The notes beneath the pieces are model-generated. The model was given only the letters and a program-made list of their open reading frames with translations, had not been told where the DNA came from and searched no databases. A stretch of 64,000 bases of DNA from an uncultured Gemmatimonadaceae bacterium. GTDB lineage: Bacteria > Gemmatimonadota > Gemmatimonadetes > Gemmatimonadales > Gemmatimonadaceae. The number at the start of each line of letters is the position of its first letter. The first letter of the stretch is position 1. Positions 11,482 to 21,470 of the stretch are shown in pieces. Location of the stretch: NCBI GenBank assembly GCA_963740355.1, contig CAVUDW010000002.1, forward strand, positions 2,400,001 to 2,464,000. Direction: 5' to 3'. A program made the position numbers and the translations under genes.

Positions 11482-12654
11482 TCAGGCCGCCGCGCCGACG
11501 GCTTCGGCGGGGGCATCCTCGAAGGTGCGGATGACCTCGTAGAACGAGTTGCGTTCTGCGGGCTGCTTGCCGGCGCCACGAATCAGTCGAAGCAATTCGT
11601 CCAGCGTCATGCCCTGCTTGGTCTGTGCACCGACGGCGTGGTAGATCTTCTCGCGCACCACGGTGCCTTCGATGTCGTTGACGCCGAACGCCAGCGAAAT
11701 CTGCGTCAATGACGGCGAGACCATGATCCAGTGCGACTTGATGTGCTCGAAGTTGTCGAGATACAGTCGGCCGACTGCGAGGTTGCGCAGGTCGTCGAAA
11801 CCGGTGGTGCTGGTCCCCTCGCGTCCCAGTTCCTTCCCGAGTTCGTTGTCATCCGGGTGGTACGCGAGCGGAATGAAGGCCAGGAATCCGCCAGTGTCAT
11901 CCTGCAGGTCGCGGAGCATCGTCAGGTGCTCGACGCGATCCTCGATGGTCTCGACATGCCCGTAGAGCATCGTGCAGTTGCTGCGAATTCCCAGCGCGTG
12001 CGCGGCGCGGTGCACGTTGATGTAGTCCGCACCACCGAGCTTCTTGTCGGCGATGAGGTCACGCACGGCGGCACTGAACGTCTCCGCGCCACCGCCCGGC
12101 AGCGTGTCGAGGCCGGCTTCACGCAAGGCGATCAGCACGTCGGTCCACGACATCTTCTCGATGCGCGCGATGTGCGCGATCTCGACCGCCGTCAACGCCT
12201 TGATGTGGACCTGCGGGTGCGCCGCCTTGAGGGCGCGAAACAAGGTGGTGTAGTACTCCAGCCCGGCCTGCATGTCGAGGCCACCCACGATGTGGAATTC
12301 GCGCGTCATGCTGTCGGCGGCCTGTGCTGCCTCCGCAAGTACCTGCTCGATCGAGTAGCGGTACGCGCCCTCTTCCTTCGGCAGGCGTGCGTAGCCGCAG
12401 AAGACACAGGTCTTCCGCAGCACGCAGATGTTGGTCGGGTTGATGTGCTGGTTCGACGCAAACGTCACGACGTCGCCATGCCGAGCACGATTCACGGCGT
12501 CCGCCAGGTGGCCCACGCCCAGCAAGTCCGGCGATCGGTAGAGCGTGATCGCATCGGCCGCCGTCAGCCGCTCGCCGCGGCGCACCTTCTCACCGATCGG
12601 GTGGAGCGCAGCATCGCGCAGGCGGTCGACATTGACGAGCGGTACGGCGGACAT
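11482..12654 (-). CDS. mqnE: Aminodeoxyfutalosine synthase (radical SAM)
   Basis: NQHINPTNIC...CVFC, EFHIVGG, HIKALTAVEI, PGGGAETF, DIEGTVVREKIYH; between fabF and mqnA. Confidence 0.9.
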   Translation of the reverse strand: MSAVPLVNVDRLRDAALHPIGEKVRRGERLTAADAITLYRSPDLLGVGHLADAVNRARHGDVVTFASNQHINPTNICVLRKTCVFCGYARLPKEEGAYRYSIEQVLAEAAQAADSMTREFHIVGGLDMQAGLEYYTTLFRALKAAHPQVHIKALTAVEIAHIARIEKMSWTDVLIALREAGLDTLPGGGAETFSAAVRDLIADKKLGGADYINVHRAAHALGIRSNCTMLYGHVETIEDRVEHLTMLRDLQDDTGGFLAFIPLAYHPDDNELGKELGREGTSTTGFDDLRNLAVGRLYLDNFEHIKSHWIMVSPSLTQISLAFGVNDIEGTVVREKIYHAVGAQTKQGMTLDELLRLIRGAGKQPAERNSFYEVIRTFEDAPAEAVGAAA

Positions 12655-12661
12655 ACGGCAG

Positions 12662-13906
12662 TTACTCCTGATATCGTCGGACGACGATGGACACGTTGTG
12701 ACCACCGAATCCTGAACTGTTGCTGAGGGCCACGTTGACGGTGCGTTCCTTCGCCGTGTTTGGCGTCACATCCAGGTCGCAGGCGGGGTCAGGCGTGGTG
12801 TAGTTGATCGTCGGGGGAACGATTCCGTCGCGCATCGCCAACGTGCAGGCGATGAACTCCACGGAACCTGCGGCGCCGAGCATGTGCCCGGTGGCCGACT
12901 TGGTCGAACTCACGCTCAGCCGGTCGGCGTGCTCACCGAACACCGCACGGATGCCTCGACACTCATTCGAATCGTTGAGCGGCGTGGACGTTCCATGCGC
13001 GTTGATGTAGTCCACGTCGCTGGTGGCGAGCCCGGCGTCCTTGAGGGCCAGCTTCATCGACCGCTGCAGGCCTTCGTGGGCATCGGGTTGCCCGGTGAGG
13101 CTGTGTGCATCGCCGGTCGAACCATACCCCGCCACTTCTCCATAGATATGAGCGCCACGGCGGCGTGCATGTTCCAATTCCTCGAGGACCACGATCCCGG
13201 CGCCCTCGCCCAGCACGAAGCCATCGCGCGTGAGGTCGAACGGGCGCGACGCATGCTCGGCATCGTCATTCCGGCTCGAGAGCGCACCCATGCTGGCGAA
13301 ACCACCGATCGACATCGGCGTCACGGCCGCTTCCGACCCGCCAGCGATCATGATGTCCGCATCACCGTACATGATCGAGCGCATCGACATGCCGATCGCA
13401 TGCGCACTGGTGGCGCAGGCAGAGACGGTGGCGAAATTCGGTCCACGACAATTGAAGTGCATCGAAACCACGCCGGCCGCGATATCGACGATGTACATCG
13501 GCACGAAGAACGGCGAGATACGCTTCGGCCCGCCCGTCATGTAGTTCGTGTGCTGGTCTTCCATCGTCTTCAACCCGCCGATACCGCTGCCGATGATCAC
13601 CCCGCAGCGATCCGGATCGAACCCGCCATCGGCGAGTCCGGCATCACGCATGGCCTGCACAGAGGCCGCCACGGCGTACTGCGTATACAGGTCGGCGCGC
13701 TTGCCTTCCTTGCGCTCCATGTACAACGACACGTCGAAGTCCTTCACTTCGCACGCAAAGCGCGTCGCGAACTTCTCCGCATCGAACTTCGTGATCGGAC
13801 CTGCCCCGCTGACACCCGCGCGGAGTGCGGCCCAGGTCGTCGCCACATCGTTACCGACGGCCGTGAGGCACCCGAGCCCGGTGACGACGACCCGACGTTC
13901 CCTCAT
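12662..13906 (-). CDS. fabF: 3-oxoacyl-ACP synthase II
   Basis: SACATS, NAHGTST, KSATGHMLGAAG, SGFGGHN. Confidence 0.97.
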   Translation of the reverse strand: MRERRVVVTGLGCLTAVGNDVATTWAALRAGVSGAGPITKFDAEKFATRFACEVKDFDVSLYMERKEGKRADLYTQYAVAASVQAMRDAGLADGGFDPDRCGVIIGSGIGGLKTMEDQHTNYMTGGPKRISPFFVPMYIVDIAAGVVSMHFNCRGPNFATVSACATSAHAIGMSMRSIMYGDADIMIAGGSEAAVTPMSIGGFASMGALSSRNDDAEHASRPFDLTRDGFVLGEGAGIVVLEELEHARRRGAHIYGEVAGYGSTGDAHSLTGQPDAHEGLQRSMKLALKDAGLATSDVDYINAHGTSTPLNDSNECRGIRAVFGEHADRLSVSSTKSATGHMLGAAGSVEFIACTLAMRDGIVPPTINYTTPDPACDLDVTPNTAKERTVNVALSNSSGFGGHNVSIVVRRYQE

Positions 13907-14145
13907 CAGCCCTGCACCTTGGAATTCAGGTAGCCGAGGGCGTCACCGACGGTGCGCAGCTTCTCCGCGTCTTCGTCCGGGATGTCGATGTCGAATTCCT
14001 TCTCGAACTCCATCACGAGTTCCACGATGTCGAGGCTGTCGGCACCGAGGTCCTCGATGAAGCTCGCTTCGTTCGTCAGCTTATCGCGCTCGACACCGAG
14101 TTCGCGCTCGATGATCGTCTTAACCTTCTCCGTATGATCTGCCAT
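13906..14145 (-). CDS. acpP: Acyl carrier protein
   Basis: [14 protein letters not shown] phosphopantetheine site; 79 aa, acidic. Confidence 0.98.
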   Translation of the reverse strand: MADHTEKVKTIIERELGVERDKLTNEASFIEDLGADSLDIVELVMEFEKEFDIDIPDEDAEKLRTVGDALGYLNSKVQG

Positions 14146-14215
14146 TTCCGCTCCGTGCGCTGGTTGAGGCGTGGGTGGGTCAGTCGAGGCCGGTGACCGG
14201 CCTTTGGGGCGAACG

Positions 14216-14956
14216 TTACATCACCATGCCGCCATCCACCACAAGGACCTGCCCTGTGATGTAGGCGGCGTGGTCGGACGCGAGGAACGCCACGGCCGAC
14301 GCGATGTCGGAAGGACTTCCAAGCCGTTCGAGTGGAATCTGGCCTTCAAGCGCCTTCCGCTGCTCGTCGCCAAGGGCGGCAGTCATGTCAGTCGCGATGA
14401 AACCAGGTGCCACGGCATTGCAAAGGATGTTGCGTGAGGCGAGTTCCTTCGCCACAGATTTGGTCAGGCCAATGAGGCCTGCCTTGCTCGCCGCGTAATT
14501 GGCTTGACCGCGATTGCCGATTACGCCGACGACACTGCTGATGTTGATGATACGGCCGCTGCGACGCTTCATCATGCCGCGCGACGCCGCACGGATGCTG
14601 GCGAAGGCACCGCGCAGGTTGGCATCGATGACCGCATCCCAATCCTCGTCCTTCAAGCGCACGATCACGTTGTCTTTCGTGAGCCCGGCGTTGTTGACGA
14701 GGATGTCGAGCGTCCCGAAGGCAGCCTCGACGTCGGCCACCAGCGCGCTGACCTGTGCGGTGTCGCTGACGTCGCACGCGAAGCCCTTGGCGCCGTGCCC
14801 GATCTCGGCTGCCGCGGCCTCAGCGCGTGGCAAATCGCGGCCCACGACGGCCACCCTCGCGCCAGCGCCCGCCAGCGTTTCCGCGATCGCACGACCGATC
14901 CCCCGGGTGCTCCCGGTGACCAGCGCCACTTTCCCACTCAGATCGATCTGCATCAT
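14216..14956 (-). CDS. fabG: 3-oxoacyl-ACP reductase
   Basis: [20 protein letters not shown]; start at MMQIDL (14956 or 14953) overlapping the fabD stop. Confidence 0.96.
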   Translation of the reverse strand: MMQIDLSGKVALVTGSTRGIGRAIAETLAGAGARVAVVGRDLPRAEAAAAEIGHGAKGFACDVSDTAQVSALVADVEAAFGTLDILVNNAGLTKDNVIVRLKDEDWDAVIDANLRGAFASIRAASRGMMKRRSGRIINISSVVGVIGNRGQANYAASKAGLIGLTKSVAKELASRNILCNAVAPGFIATDMTAALGDEQRKALEGQIPLERLGSPSDIASAVAFLASDHAAYITGQVLVVDGGMVM

Positions 14957-15897
14957 GCCGCCTGAAGAGCGAGAATCGCGTCGAGGTTCGCGGCGGTGCC
15001 AGCCGGCAGCACATGCGCATCGGGGACGATTTTGCGGATGAGTCCGCCAAGCACGTGACCGGGGCCCAGTTCGAGGAACGTGATACCGGGGTAATCCGCC
15101 GCGATATGGCGAATCGTCTCGGTCCAGCGCACCGGCGCCACAATCTGGTTGCCGAGCAGTTCGCGAGCCGCCTCGGCGCCCGTGACCGCCATCCCGGTGA
15201 TGTTGGCATACACCGGAATGCGCGAGTCGTGCATCGTGACGTCCGCCAGCGCCGCTTCCCATCCCGTCCGGGCAGATTCCATCAGCGGCGAATGGAACGC
15301 GCCGCTCACCTGCAGCTTCATGCACTTGCGTGCGCCATGCTCCTTGGCGAGCTCGATCAACCGGTCCACGCCCGCCGGATCGCCAGAGACCACGACCTGT
15401 CCCGGCGAATTGAAATTCGCTGGCACGACCACGCCCGCTTCCTTCGTGGCTCGATCGCAAAGCTCTCGCACGCGAACGGTCAAATCGCCGAGGATGGCGG
15501 CCATTGCCCCTGGACGTGCCTGACCGGCGGCCTGCATCAACTCGCCGCGCTTGCGCACGAGTTTGACCGCGGTCTCGAAATCGAAGGTCCCGGCGGCGAC
15601 GTGCGCCGTGAACTCACCGAGCGAGTGGCCTGCCGCGCAGCGGACCCGCGCGCCGAACTGCTCGCGCAGGATGCGCCAGACGGCGACACCATGCGTCAGC
15701 AATGCCGGCTGCGCGTTGTGGGTCTCCATCAGCGTTTCCGCCGGCCCTTCGAAACAGAGTTTCGAGAGCGGAAAGCCAAGTGCCGCGTCCGCCTCACGGA
15801 ATGTCTCCGCCGCAATCGGATGCGCCTCGACGAGGTCATGCGCCATGCCGGGCTTCTGCGAGCCCTGGCCCGGGAAGACGAGTGCGATGTCCATCAT
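14953..15897 (-). CDS. fabD: Malonyl-CoA:ACP transacylase
   Basis: FPGQGSQ, AGHSLGE, VSGAFHS, ELGPG. Confidence 0.96.
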   Translation of the reverse strand: MMDIALVFPGQGSQKPGMAHDLVEAHPIAAETFREADAALGFPLSKLCFEGPAETLMETHNAQPALLTHGVAVWRILREQFGARVRCAAGHSLGEFTAHVAAGTFDFETAVKLVRKRGELMQAAGQARPGAMAAILGDLTVRVRELCDRATKEAGVVVPANFNSPGQVVVSGDPAGVDRLIELAKEHGARKCMKLQVSGAFHSPLMESARTGWEAALADVTMHDSRIPVYANITGMAVTGAEAARELLGNQIVAPVRWTETIRHIAADYPGITFLELGPGHVLGGLIRKIVPDAHVLPAGTAANLDAILALQAA

Positions 15898-16883
15898 AGC
15901 CGCACCACCATCGAGCCCCACGTGAAGCCGGCGCCGAAGGCGCAGAGGAGCACGGTGTCTCCTGACCGCACACGACCCGAGCTGATCGCTTCATCGAGCG
16001 CAATGCCGATGGAAGCCGACGAGGTATTTCCGAAGCGATTCACGTTCACGTACACCTTGTCCATGGGGACATTGGCATGCTTGGCGGTCGCCTCGATGAT
16101 CCGGACGTTGGCCTGATGCGGAATGAGGAGATCGATGTCTGCTCCTGTCAGGCGCGCGCCATCGAGCGCGCGGTCGCAGGACTCAGCCATCATGCGGACG
16201 GCATGCTTGAACACCTCGCGGCCGGCCATCCTGACGTAGGTCGACCGATCCTCGAGTACCGGCAGCGAGAACGGCTGTCGCGCGCCGCCAGAGGGGCGCC
16301 AGAGGAGTTCGGCCAGCTGGCCGTCGGTGCGCATGAAGGCGGACAGGATGCCGCGCTTGCCATCGCTGCGACGTACGATCGCGGCGCCGGCGCCGTCGCC
16401 GAACAAGACTGCCGTGCTGCGATCCTGCCAGTCGACGATCGCGCTCATCTTTTCGGAGCCGATCACCAGTGCGGTTTCGATGGTGCCGGCGGCGATCAGC
16501 CCTTCAGCGATCGTCAGTCCATACAGCCAGCCGCTGCACGCGGCCGAGATGTCGAAGGCCGAGGCGCGTGACGCACCGAGTGCGGCCTGGATGTCGACGG
16601 CGGTGGCCGGCAGGAGGCGATCCTGCGTGGCGGTCGAGAGGATGATGGTGTCGATTTCCGCCGCGGTGATGCCGGCTTTTTGCATCGCCTTGCGTGAGGC
16701 GTCGGCGCCCATGCTGCAGGTCGACTCGCCGTCGCGCGAGATGTGACGCTGCACGATCCCGGACCGTTCGAAGATCCATTCGTGGGACGTGTCGATGCCG
16801 ATCGCTGCGAAGTCGTGATTCGTCATCACGTGCTTCGGAACGCTGTACCCGGTGCCGGTCAGTGCCGCGATAGGACGCTTCAT
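15894..16883 (-). CDS. fabH: 3-oxoacyl-ACP synthase III
   Basis: AACSG, FGDGAGA, PHQAN, GNTSSAS, FGAGFTWG. Confidence 0.97.
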   Translation of the reverse strand: MKRPIAALTGTGYSVPKHVMTNHDFAAIGIDTSHEWIFERSGIVQRHISRDGESTCSMGADASRKAMQKAGITAAEIDTIILSTATQDRLLPATAVDIQAALGASRASAFDISAACSGWLYGLTIAEGLIAAGTIETALVIGSEKMSAIVDWQDRSTAVLFGDGAGAAIVRRSDGKRGILSAFMRTDGQLAELLWRPSGGARQPFSLPVLEDRSTYVRMAGREVFKHAVRMMAESCDRALDGARLTGADIDLLIPHQANVRIIEATAKHANVPMDKVYVNVNRFGNTSSASIGIALDEAISSGRVRSGDTVLLCAFGAGFTWGSMVVRL

Positions 16884-16943
16884 GGCCTCATTCCCGCAGC
16901 CGTCGACTCACCGCCCAGCCAGGTGCATCGACGCCGCATGGTG

Positions 16944-17960
16944 TCAGGCCGCGGAAGCCGCCGCGGCGAGTCGTCGTCCGATATGCTCGGACATGTGCGA
17001 CTCAGCCGCCCGAACGGCGACATTCACGGCGTTCTTGATGGCGCGCGGCGATGAACTGCCGTGCGCAATGATGCTCACGCCCTGGACGCCCAGCAGCGGC
17101 GCGCCGCCGTAGCTGGAATGATCCAGGTGCGCGAGGCCCTTCAGCAACTCGTGCGGATCGCGGTCGATCGATTTCGCGATCATCCGAATCAGCGTAGGCG
17201 CGAGGCCCTCATAAAACTTCAGGATGACGTTGCCAGTGAAGCCATCACACACGACGACGTCGAACGGGCCGCGATCGCAGGCCCCGGCGGCAACATCGCG
17301 GCCTTCGACGTTGCCGATGAAATGGAGCTCGGTCTGCGCGAGGAGTTTGTGCGCTTCCTTGACGGCAGCGTTGCCCTTCTCCGGCTCTTCGCCGATGCTG
17401 AGCAAGCCCACCGACGGATTCGTTCGGCCAAGGATGTCCTCGGCGTAGACCAGTCCAAGCCGGGCGAAATGCACCAGCTCTTCCGGACTGCAATCGACGT
17501 TGGCGCCGCTGTCGAGCACGACCACCGTTTGCAGTGCCGTCGGGAAAATGGTGCCGATGGCTGGCCGCTTTAGCCCTGCGTGCAAGCCGAGCAGTTGCAC
17601 CGAGGCGGCCATCTGCGCGCCGGTGTTGCCGGCGCTGACGAACGCATCGGCATCGCCCTCAGCGTGCCGCCGAATGCCGACGGCCATCGACGATTGCGGG
17701 CGACGCATGACGGCCGTTGGCTTGTCGGCCATCCCGATGATGTCCGGGGCATCGATGACATCGATGCGAGCACGGTGTGCTGCGTGCGCGGCGTATTCGC
17801 CCGCGACGGCGCCATCGAGCGCGGCCTCTACCTCAGCCTCGCGTCCGATCAGCTGGATGCGGTGCTCAGGCCCCAGTTCTGCGAGGGCGAGCAACGCACC
17901 ACCCACCGGTGCGGTGGGGGCGAAATCGCCACCCATCGCATCCAGGGCGATCCGGGCCAA
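16944..17960 (-). CDS. plsX: Phosphate acyltransferase
   Basis: IALDAMGGDFAP, SAGNTGA, DSGANVD, CDGFTGN, IAHGSS; TTG start. Confidence 0.96.
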   Translation of the reverse strand: MARIALDAMGGDFAPTAPVGGALLALAELGPEHRIQLIGREAEVEAALDGAVAGEYAAHAAHRARIDVIDAPDIIGMADKPTAVMRRPQSSMAVGIRRHAEGDADAFVSAGNTGAQMAASVQLLGLHAGLKRPAIGTIFPTALQTVVVLDSGANVDCSPEELVHFARLGLVYAEDILGRTNPSVGLLSIGEEPEKGNAAVKEAHKLLAQTELHFIGNVEGRDVAAGACDRGPFDVVVCDGFTGNVILKFYEGLAPTLIRMIAKSIDRDPHELLKGLAHLDHSSYGGAPLLGVQGVSIIAHGSSSPRAIKNAVNVAVRAAESHMSEHIGRRLAAAASAA

Positions 17961-17963
17961 GGC

Positions 17964-18146
17964 TCAGCCTTCCCGGGCCGCGATCCGCTGCTCACCGCCG
18001 TAGTATCCGCACTCGTCGCAGACACGATGGGGACGCTTCATGCTCGAGCACTGGGGGCACTTCTGGATCACGATCCGCGGCGCAACCTTGTGCGTGTTGC
18101 GGAGACGCTTGCGCTGCTTGGATGTCCTGCGCTTCGGTACGGCCAT
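17964..18146 (-). CDS. rpmF: 50S ribosomal protein L32
   Basis: MAVPKRRTSK, CxxC...PHRVCxxCGYY. Confidence 0.97.
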   Translation of the reverse strand: MAVPKRRTSKQRKRLRNTHKVAPRIVIQKCPQCSSMKRPHRVCDECGYYGGEQRIAAREG

Positions 18147-18171
18147 GGGTCAATTCCCGGTATAAGACGAG

Positions 18172-18681
18172 TTACGATTCGGTCGTGCGCTCGCGGAGCG
18201 CTGCCCACCGCGCATCACCTGCCGATGCACAGTCACAGGCCGTCGTGTTGCGATCAACGCCGCACGTCGGACACAGACCTTTGCAATCTTCACGGCACAA
18301 CACAAAAGGTGGGACTGCAAGGATCCACCCTTCGCGAACCGCCGGACGGACGTCGATCGTGCGTGACTTCGCGTCCAGCAGGAACACATCAGGGTCATCG
18401 TCCAAGCCGTCCTCGTCCGAACTGACGAACAGACACTGGATCGAATCGCCTGCCCTCACCGGCACCTCTTTCAGGCACCGGGTGCATTCACCAACCGCCG
18501 ACCCTTCGAACTCGCCGGTGAAATAGTACCGCCCTTCACCGGCGCTCGAGAGCCGACCGTGCACCGTTACCGGCGAACTGGGTCGAACATCTCCTTCCAG
18601 CCAGACCGAGTCGTTGGGATCGATGGATCCTTCCAACTGGACGGCCGTACCGTCGAGACTCCGGAGATCAACTGACAGCAT
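18172..18681 (-). CDS. yceD: DUF177/YceD family protein
   Basis: CTRCL, LCREDCKGLCPTCG...CDC, DARWAAL; upstream of rpmF; start set at MLSVDL. Confidence 0.9.
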   Translation of the reverse strand: MLSVDLRSLDGTAVQLEGSIDPNDSVWLEGDVRPSSPVTVHGRLSSAGEGRYYFTGEFEGSAVGECTRCLKEVPVRAGDSIQCLFVSSDEDGLDDDPDVFLLDAKSRTIDVRPAVREGWILAVPPFVLCREDCKGLCPTCGVDRNTTACDCASAGDARWAALRERTTES

Positions 18682-18689
18682 AGCCGTTG

Positions 18690-18730
18690 AAAATAGACGT
18701 GCCGTGGGCACCGAGCAAGTGCCCACGGCA
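18690..18730 (-). promoter_or_regulatory. Candidate sigma70 promoter TTGCTC-N17-TATTTT overlapped by a perfect 12-bp inverted repeat (terminator of ndk and/or operator)
   Basis: IR arms 18700-18711 / 18719-18730 (tgccgtgggcac / gtgcccacggca); -35 at 18713-18718 lies in the loop; -10 at 18690-18695, 8 nt before the yceD ATG. Confidence 0.5.
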
Positions 18731-18788
18731 TCATCACTTAGCCCACTCACCGCACTCATCGGCCGACCCGGGAGTCGGCCAGACGGGC

Positions 18789-19202
18789 TCAGGCGAGCTC
18801 AGGGAAGAAAAAGGCGGCCTCGATGGCAGCGTTCTCATCCGAGTCAGAGGCGTGAATGGCGTTCCGGCCCTTGGACTCCGCATACAGCTTGCGCACGGTG
18901 CCTTCAGCGGCCTCAGCGGGGTCGGTCGAACCGATGGCGACGCGCAGCGCGGCCACGGCGTCAGCCTTCTCGAGCACCATCGGCATGCACGGGCCCGACG
19001 TCATGAATTCGACCAGTTCACCGAAGAAGCCGCGACCGCTGTGGACTTCGTAGAACTTGCCTGCCTGCTCCGTGGTGAGATGCATGACCCGGGCGGCCTT
19101 CAACACGAAGCCCTGCGCTTCGAGGTGGGCCAGGATGAGGCCGGCCTTCTGGGCGCCAAATGCGTCTGGCTTGACGATCGTGAGTGTACGGTTTCCGGCC
19201 AT
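18789..19202 (-). CDS. ndk: Nucleoside diphosphate kinase
   Basis: [25 protein letters not shown]. Confidence 0.97.
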   Translation of the reverse strand: MAGNRTLTIVKPDAFGAQKAGLILAHLEAQGFVLKAARVMHLTTEQAGKFYEVHSGRGFFGELVEFMTSGPCMPMVLEKADAVAALRVAIGSTDPAEAAEGTVRKLYAESKGRNAIHASDSDENAAIEAAFFFPELA

Positions 19203-19249
19203 GGTACCAAGCTCCAGTGTGGTGCAGACGCGATCGCGTCGTAGGTGTC

Positions 19250-19286
19250 AGAAAATCGCGCCCGGTCACGGAGGTGGCCGGGCGCG
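19250..19286 (-). terminator. Probable intrinsic terminator after sucD
   Basis: 13-bp GC-rich stem with one mismatch (19257-19269 / 19274-19286) followed by ATTTTCT on the minus strand. Confidence 0.55.
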
Positions 19287-19313
19287 CCCAAAGTTACCGC
19301 ATTCCGCCAAAAG

Positions 19314-20183
19314 CTACAGGCGGGCCTTCACCAGTTCGACGAAATCCATCGGCCGCTTGGCGATTCCCATGCCGGCCTTCTCGAACGCCTCGAGCTTCTC
19401 GGCCGCCGTCCCGGCCGACCCGGAGATGATCGCACCGGCGTGCCCCATGCGACGGCCTGGCGGCGCCGTCTGACCGGCGATGAAGCCGACGACCGGCTTC
19501 GTCATCTTGGTCCGAACGAATTCAGCGGCTTCCTGTTCATCCGTGCCACCGATCTCGCCCATCATCGCCACGACCTTCGTCTGCGGATCGGCCTCGAATG
19601 CCGCCAATGCGTCGATGAAGTTCGTGCCGTTGATCGGGTCGCCACCGATGCCGACGCAGGTGCTCTGACCGATGCCTGCCTTCGTCAGCAGGTTCACGAT
19701 CTCATACGTGAGCGTGCCCGAGCGACTGACGACGCCGACCGGACCGGCCATGCAGATGCGGCCCGGGATGATGCCGACCTTCGACTGGCCCGGCGTGATC
19801 AAGCCAGGGCAGTTCGGGCCGAGCAGACGTGCGCCCATCTCCTTCACGTACGGATACACCTTGGTCATGTCCAGGACGGGCACACCCTCGGTGATGCAGA
19901 CGATCAGCTTGATGCCGGCCGCAGCCGCTTCCATCATCGCATCGGCCGCGAACGGCGGCGGCACATAGATGACCGAAGTGTTCGCGCCAGTCGCCTTCAC
20001 GGCCTGGGCGACGGTGTTGAAGATCGGCACCGTCTCCTCGAACTTCTGGCCTCCCTTCCCCGGCGTCACGCCGCCCACGACCTTCGTGCCGTACTCCATC
20101 ATCTGCTTCGCGTGGAACGAACCGTCGCGGCCCGTGATGCCCTGCACCAGCAGTGTGGTGTTGTTGTCGATGAAGATGCTCAC
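19314..20183 (-). CDS. sucD: Succinyl-CoA synthetase alpha subunit
   Basis: [39 protein letters not shown] start overlapping the sucC stop. Confidence 0.97.
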   Translation of the reverse strand: MSIFIDNNTTLLVQGITGRDGSFHAKQMMEYGTKVVGGVTPGKGGQKFEETVPIFNTVAQAVKATGANTSVIYVPPPFAADAMMEAAAAGIKLIVCITEGVPVLDMTKVYPYVKEMGARLLGPNCPGLITPGQSKVGIIPGRICMAGPVGVVSRSGTLTYEIVNLLTKAGIGQSTCVGIGGDPINGTNFIDALAAFEADPQTKVVAMMGEIGGTDEQEAAEFVRTKMTKPVVGFIAGQTAPPGRRMGHAGAIISGSAGTAAEKLEAFEKAGMGIAKRPMDFVELVKARL

Positions 20184-21322
20184 TTGGCGGCTCCCGTCGC
20201 GAGGGCCACGGCCTTCTGCACCGCCTCGTCCATGTCGGACGATGCGCTGAAGCCATTCTCGGTGAGGATCTTCATGGCGAGTTCTTCGTTGGTGCCCGTC
20301 AGTCGAATCACGATCGGCACGGTGAGCGGGTTGGCCTTGGTCGCGGTCACGATGCCGTTGGCGACGTCGTCGGTGCGTGTGATGCCGCCGAAGATGTTGA
20401 ACAGGATCGCCTTCACGTTCTTGTCCGCGGTGATGATGCGGAGCGCATTGACGACCTTCTCCGGATTCGACGAGCCGCCGATGTCGAGGAAGTTCGCCGG
20501 GTCGCCGCCGTAGTACTTGACGAGGTCCATGGTGGCCATCGCGAGACCGGCACCATTGACCACGCATCCGACGTTGCCATCGAGCTTGATGAACGTGAGG
20601 TTCGCCTTGCGGGCGTCGACTTCTGCCGGGTCCTCGCTGCTTTCGTCGCGCAATGCCTCGATCGCCGGGAGGCGCTCGAGCTCGTTGTCGTCGATCACCA
20701 TCTTGCCGTCGACTGCCACGACCTTGCCGGTCGGCGTGACGACGAGCGGATTGATCTCGGCCAGTGAGCAACCGCTCTCGATGAATGCGGCGTAGAGCTG
20801 CTGCATGATCTTCGCTGCGGCGCGCGCCTGCTTCACGTCCTCATAGAGGAAGAAGCCCATCTCCATCGCCTCGAAGGTGCGCAAGCCGTAGCGCGGATCG
20901 ACGGGATGATAGAGGATCTTCTCCGGCGTAGTGGCTGCGACTTCCTCGATGTCGATGCCACCAGCGGCGCTGACCATGAACACCGGCTTCTTGGTCGCAC
21001 GATCGACGATGATGCCGACGTACGCCTCGCTGCCGATATCCTCGGCGACGGTCACGAGCACCTTGAGGACCGTCAGGCCCTTGATGTCCATGCCGAGAAT
21101 CGCCGTTGCCTTCTCGCGCGCTGCAGCAGGCGTGGCGCAGTACTTCACGCCGCCGGCCTTGCCGCGACCACCAACGTGGACCTGTGCCTTGACCATCACC
21201 GGCACGCCGTACTTCACGGCCAGCGCTTCTGCAGCGTCCGGCGTGGTTGCAATGTCACCCTCGGGGATCGGCACGCCGTGGCGTCGCAGAATCTCCTTGG
21301 CCTGATACTCATGTAGGTTCAC
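20180..21322 (-). CDS. sucC: Succinyl-CoA synthetase beta subunit
   Basis: [44 protein letters not shown]. Confidence 0.98.
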   Translation of the reverse strand: MNLHEYQAKEILRRHGVPIPEGDIATTPDAAEALAVKYGVPVMVKAQVHVGGRGKAGGVKYCATPAAAREKATAILGMDIKGLTVLKVLVTVAEDIGSEAYVGIIVDRATKKPVFMVSAAGGIDIEEVAATTPEKILYHPVDPRYGLRTFEAMEMGFFLYEDVKQARAAAKIMQQLYAAFIESGCSLAEINPLVVTPTGKVVAVDGKMVIDDNELERLPAIEALRDESSEDPAEVDARKANLTFIKLDGNVGCVVNGAGLAMATMDLVKYYGGDPANFLDIGGSSNPEKVVNALRIITADKNVKAILFNIFGGITRTDDVANGIVTATKANPLTVPIVIRLTGTNEELAMKILTENGFSASSDMDEAVQKAVALATGAAK

Positions 21323-21470
21323 ACACGCTCCATCTGCGATCGGTTGATTGCAGCGACTGTGACGTTGAACTGAAAGCCTCGCCGGTGCAGGACAGACCGG
21401 TCGGGGGTGGACACAGCGCTCCTACCGAGCGCCGAGGGGCCGGCGGCAAGATAACCGTCGGAGTGGGAAG

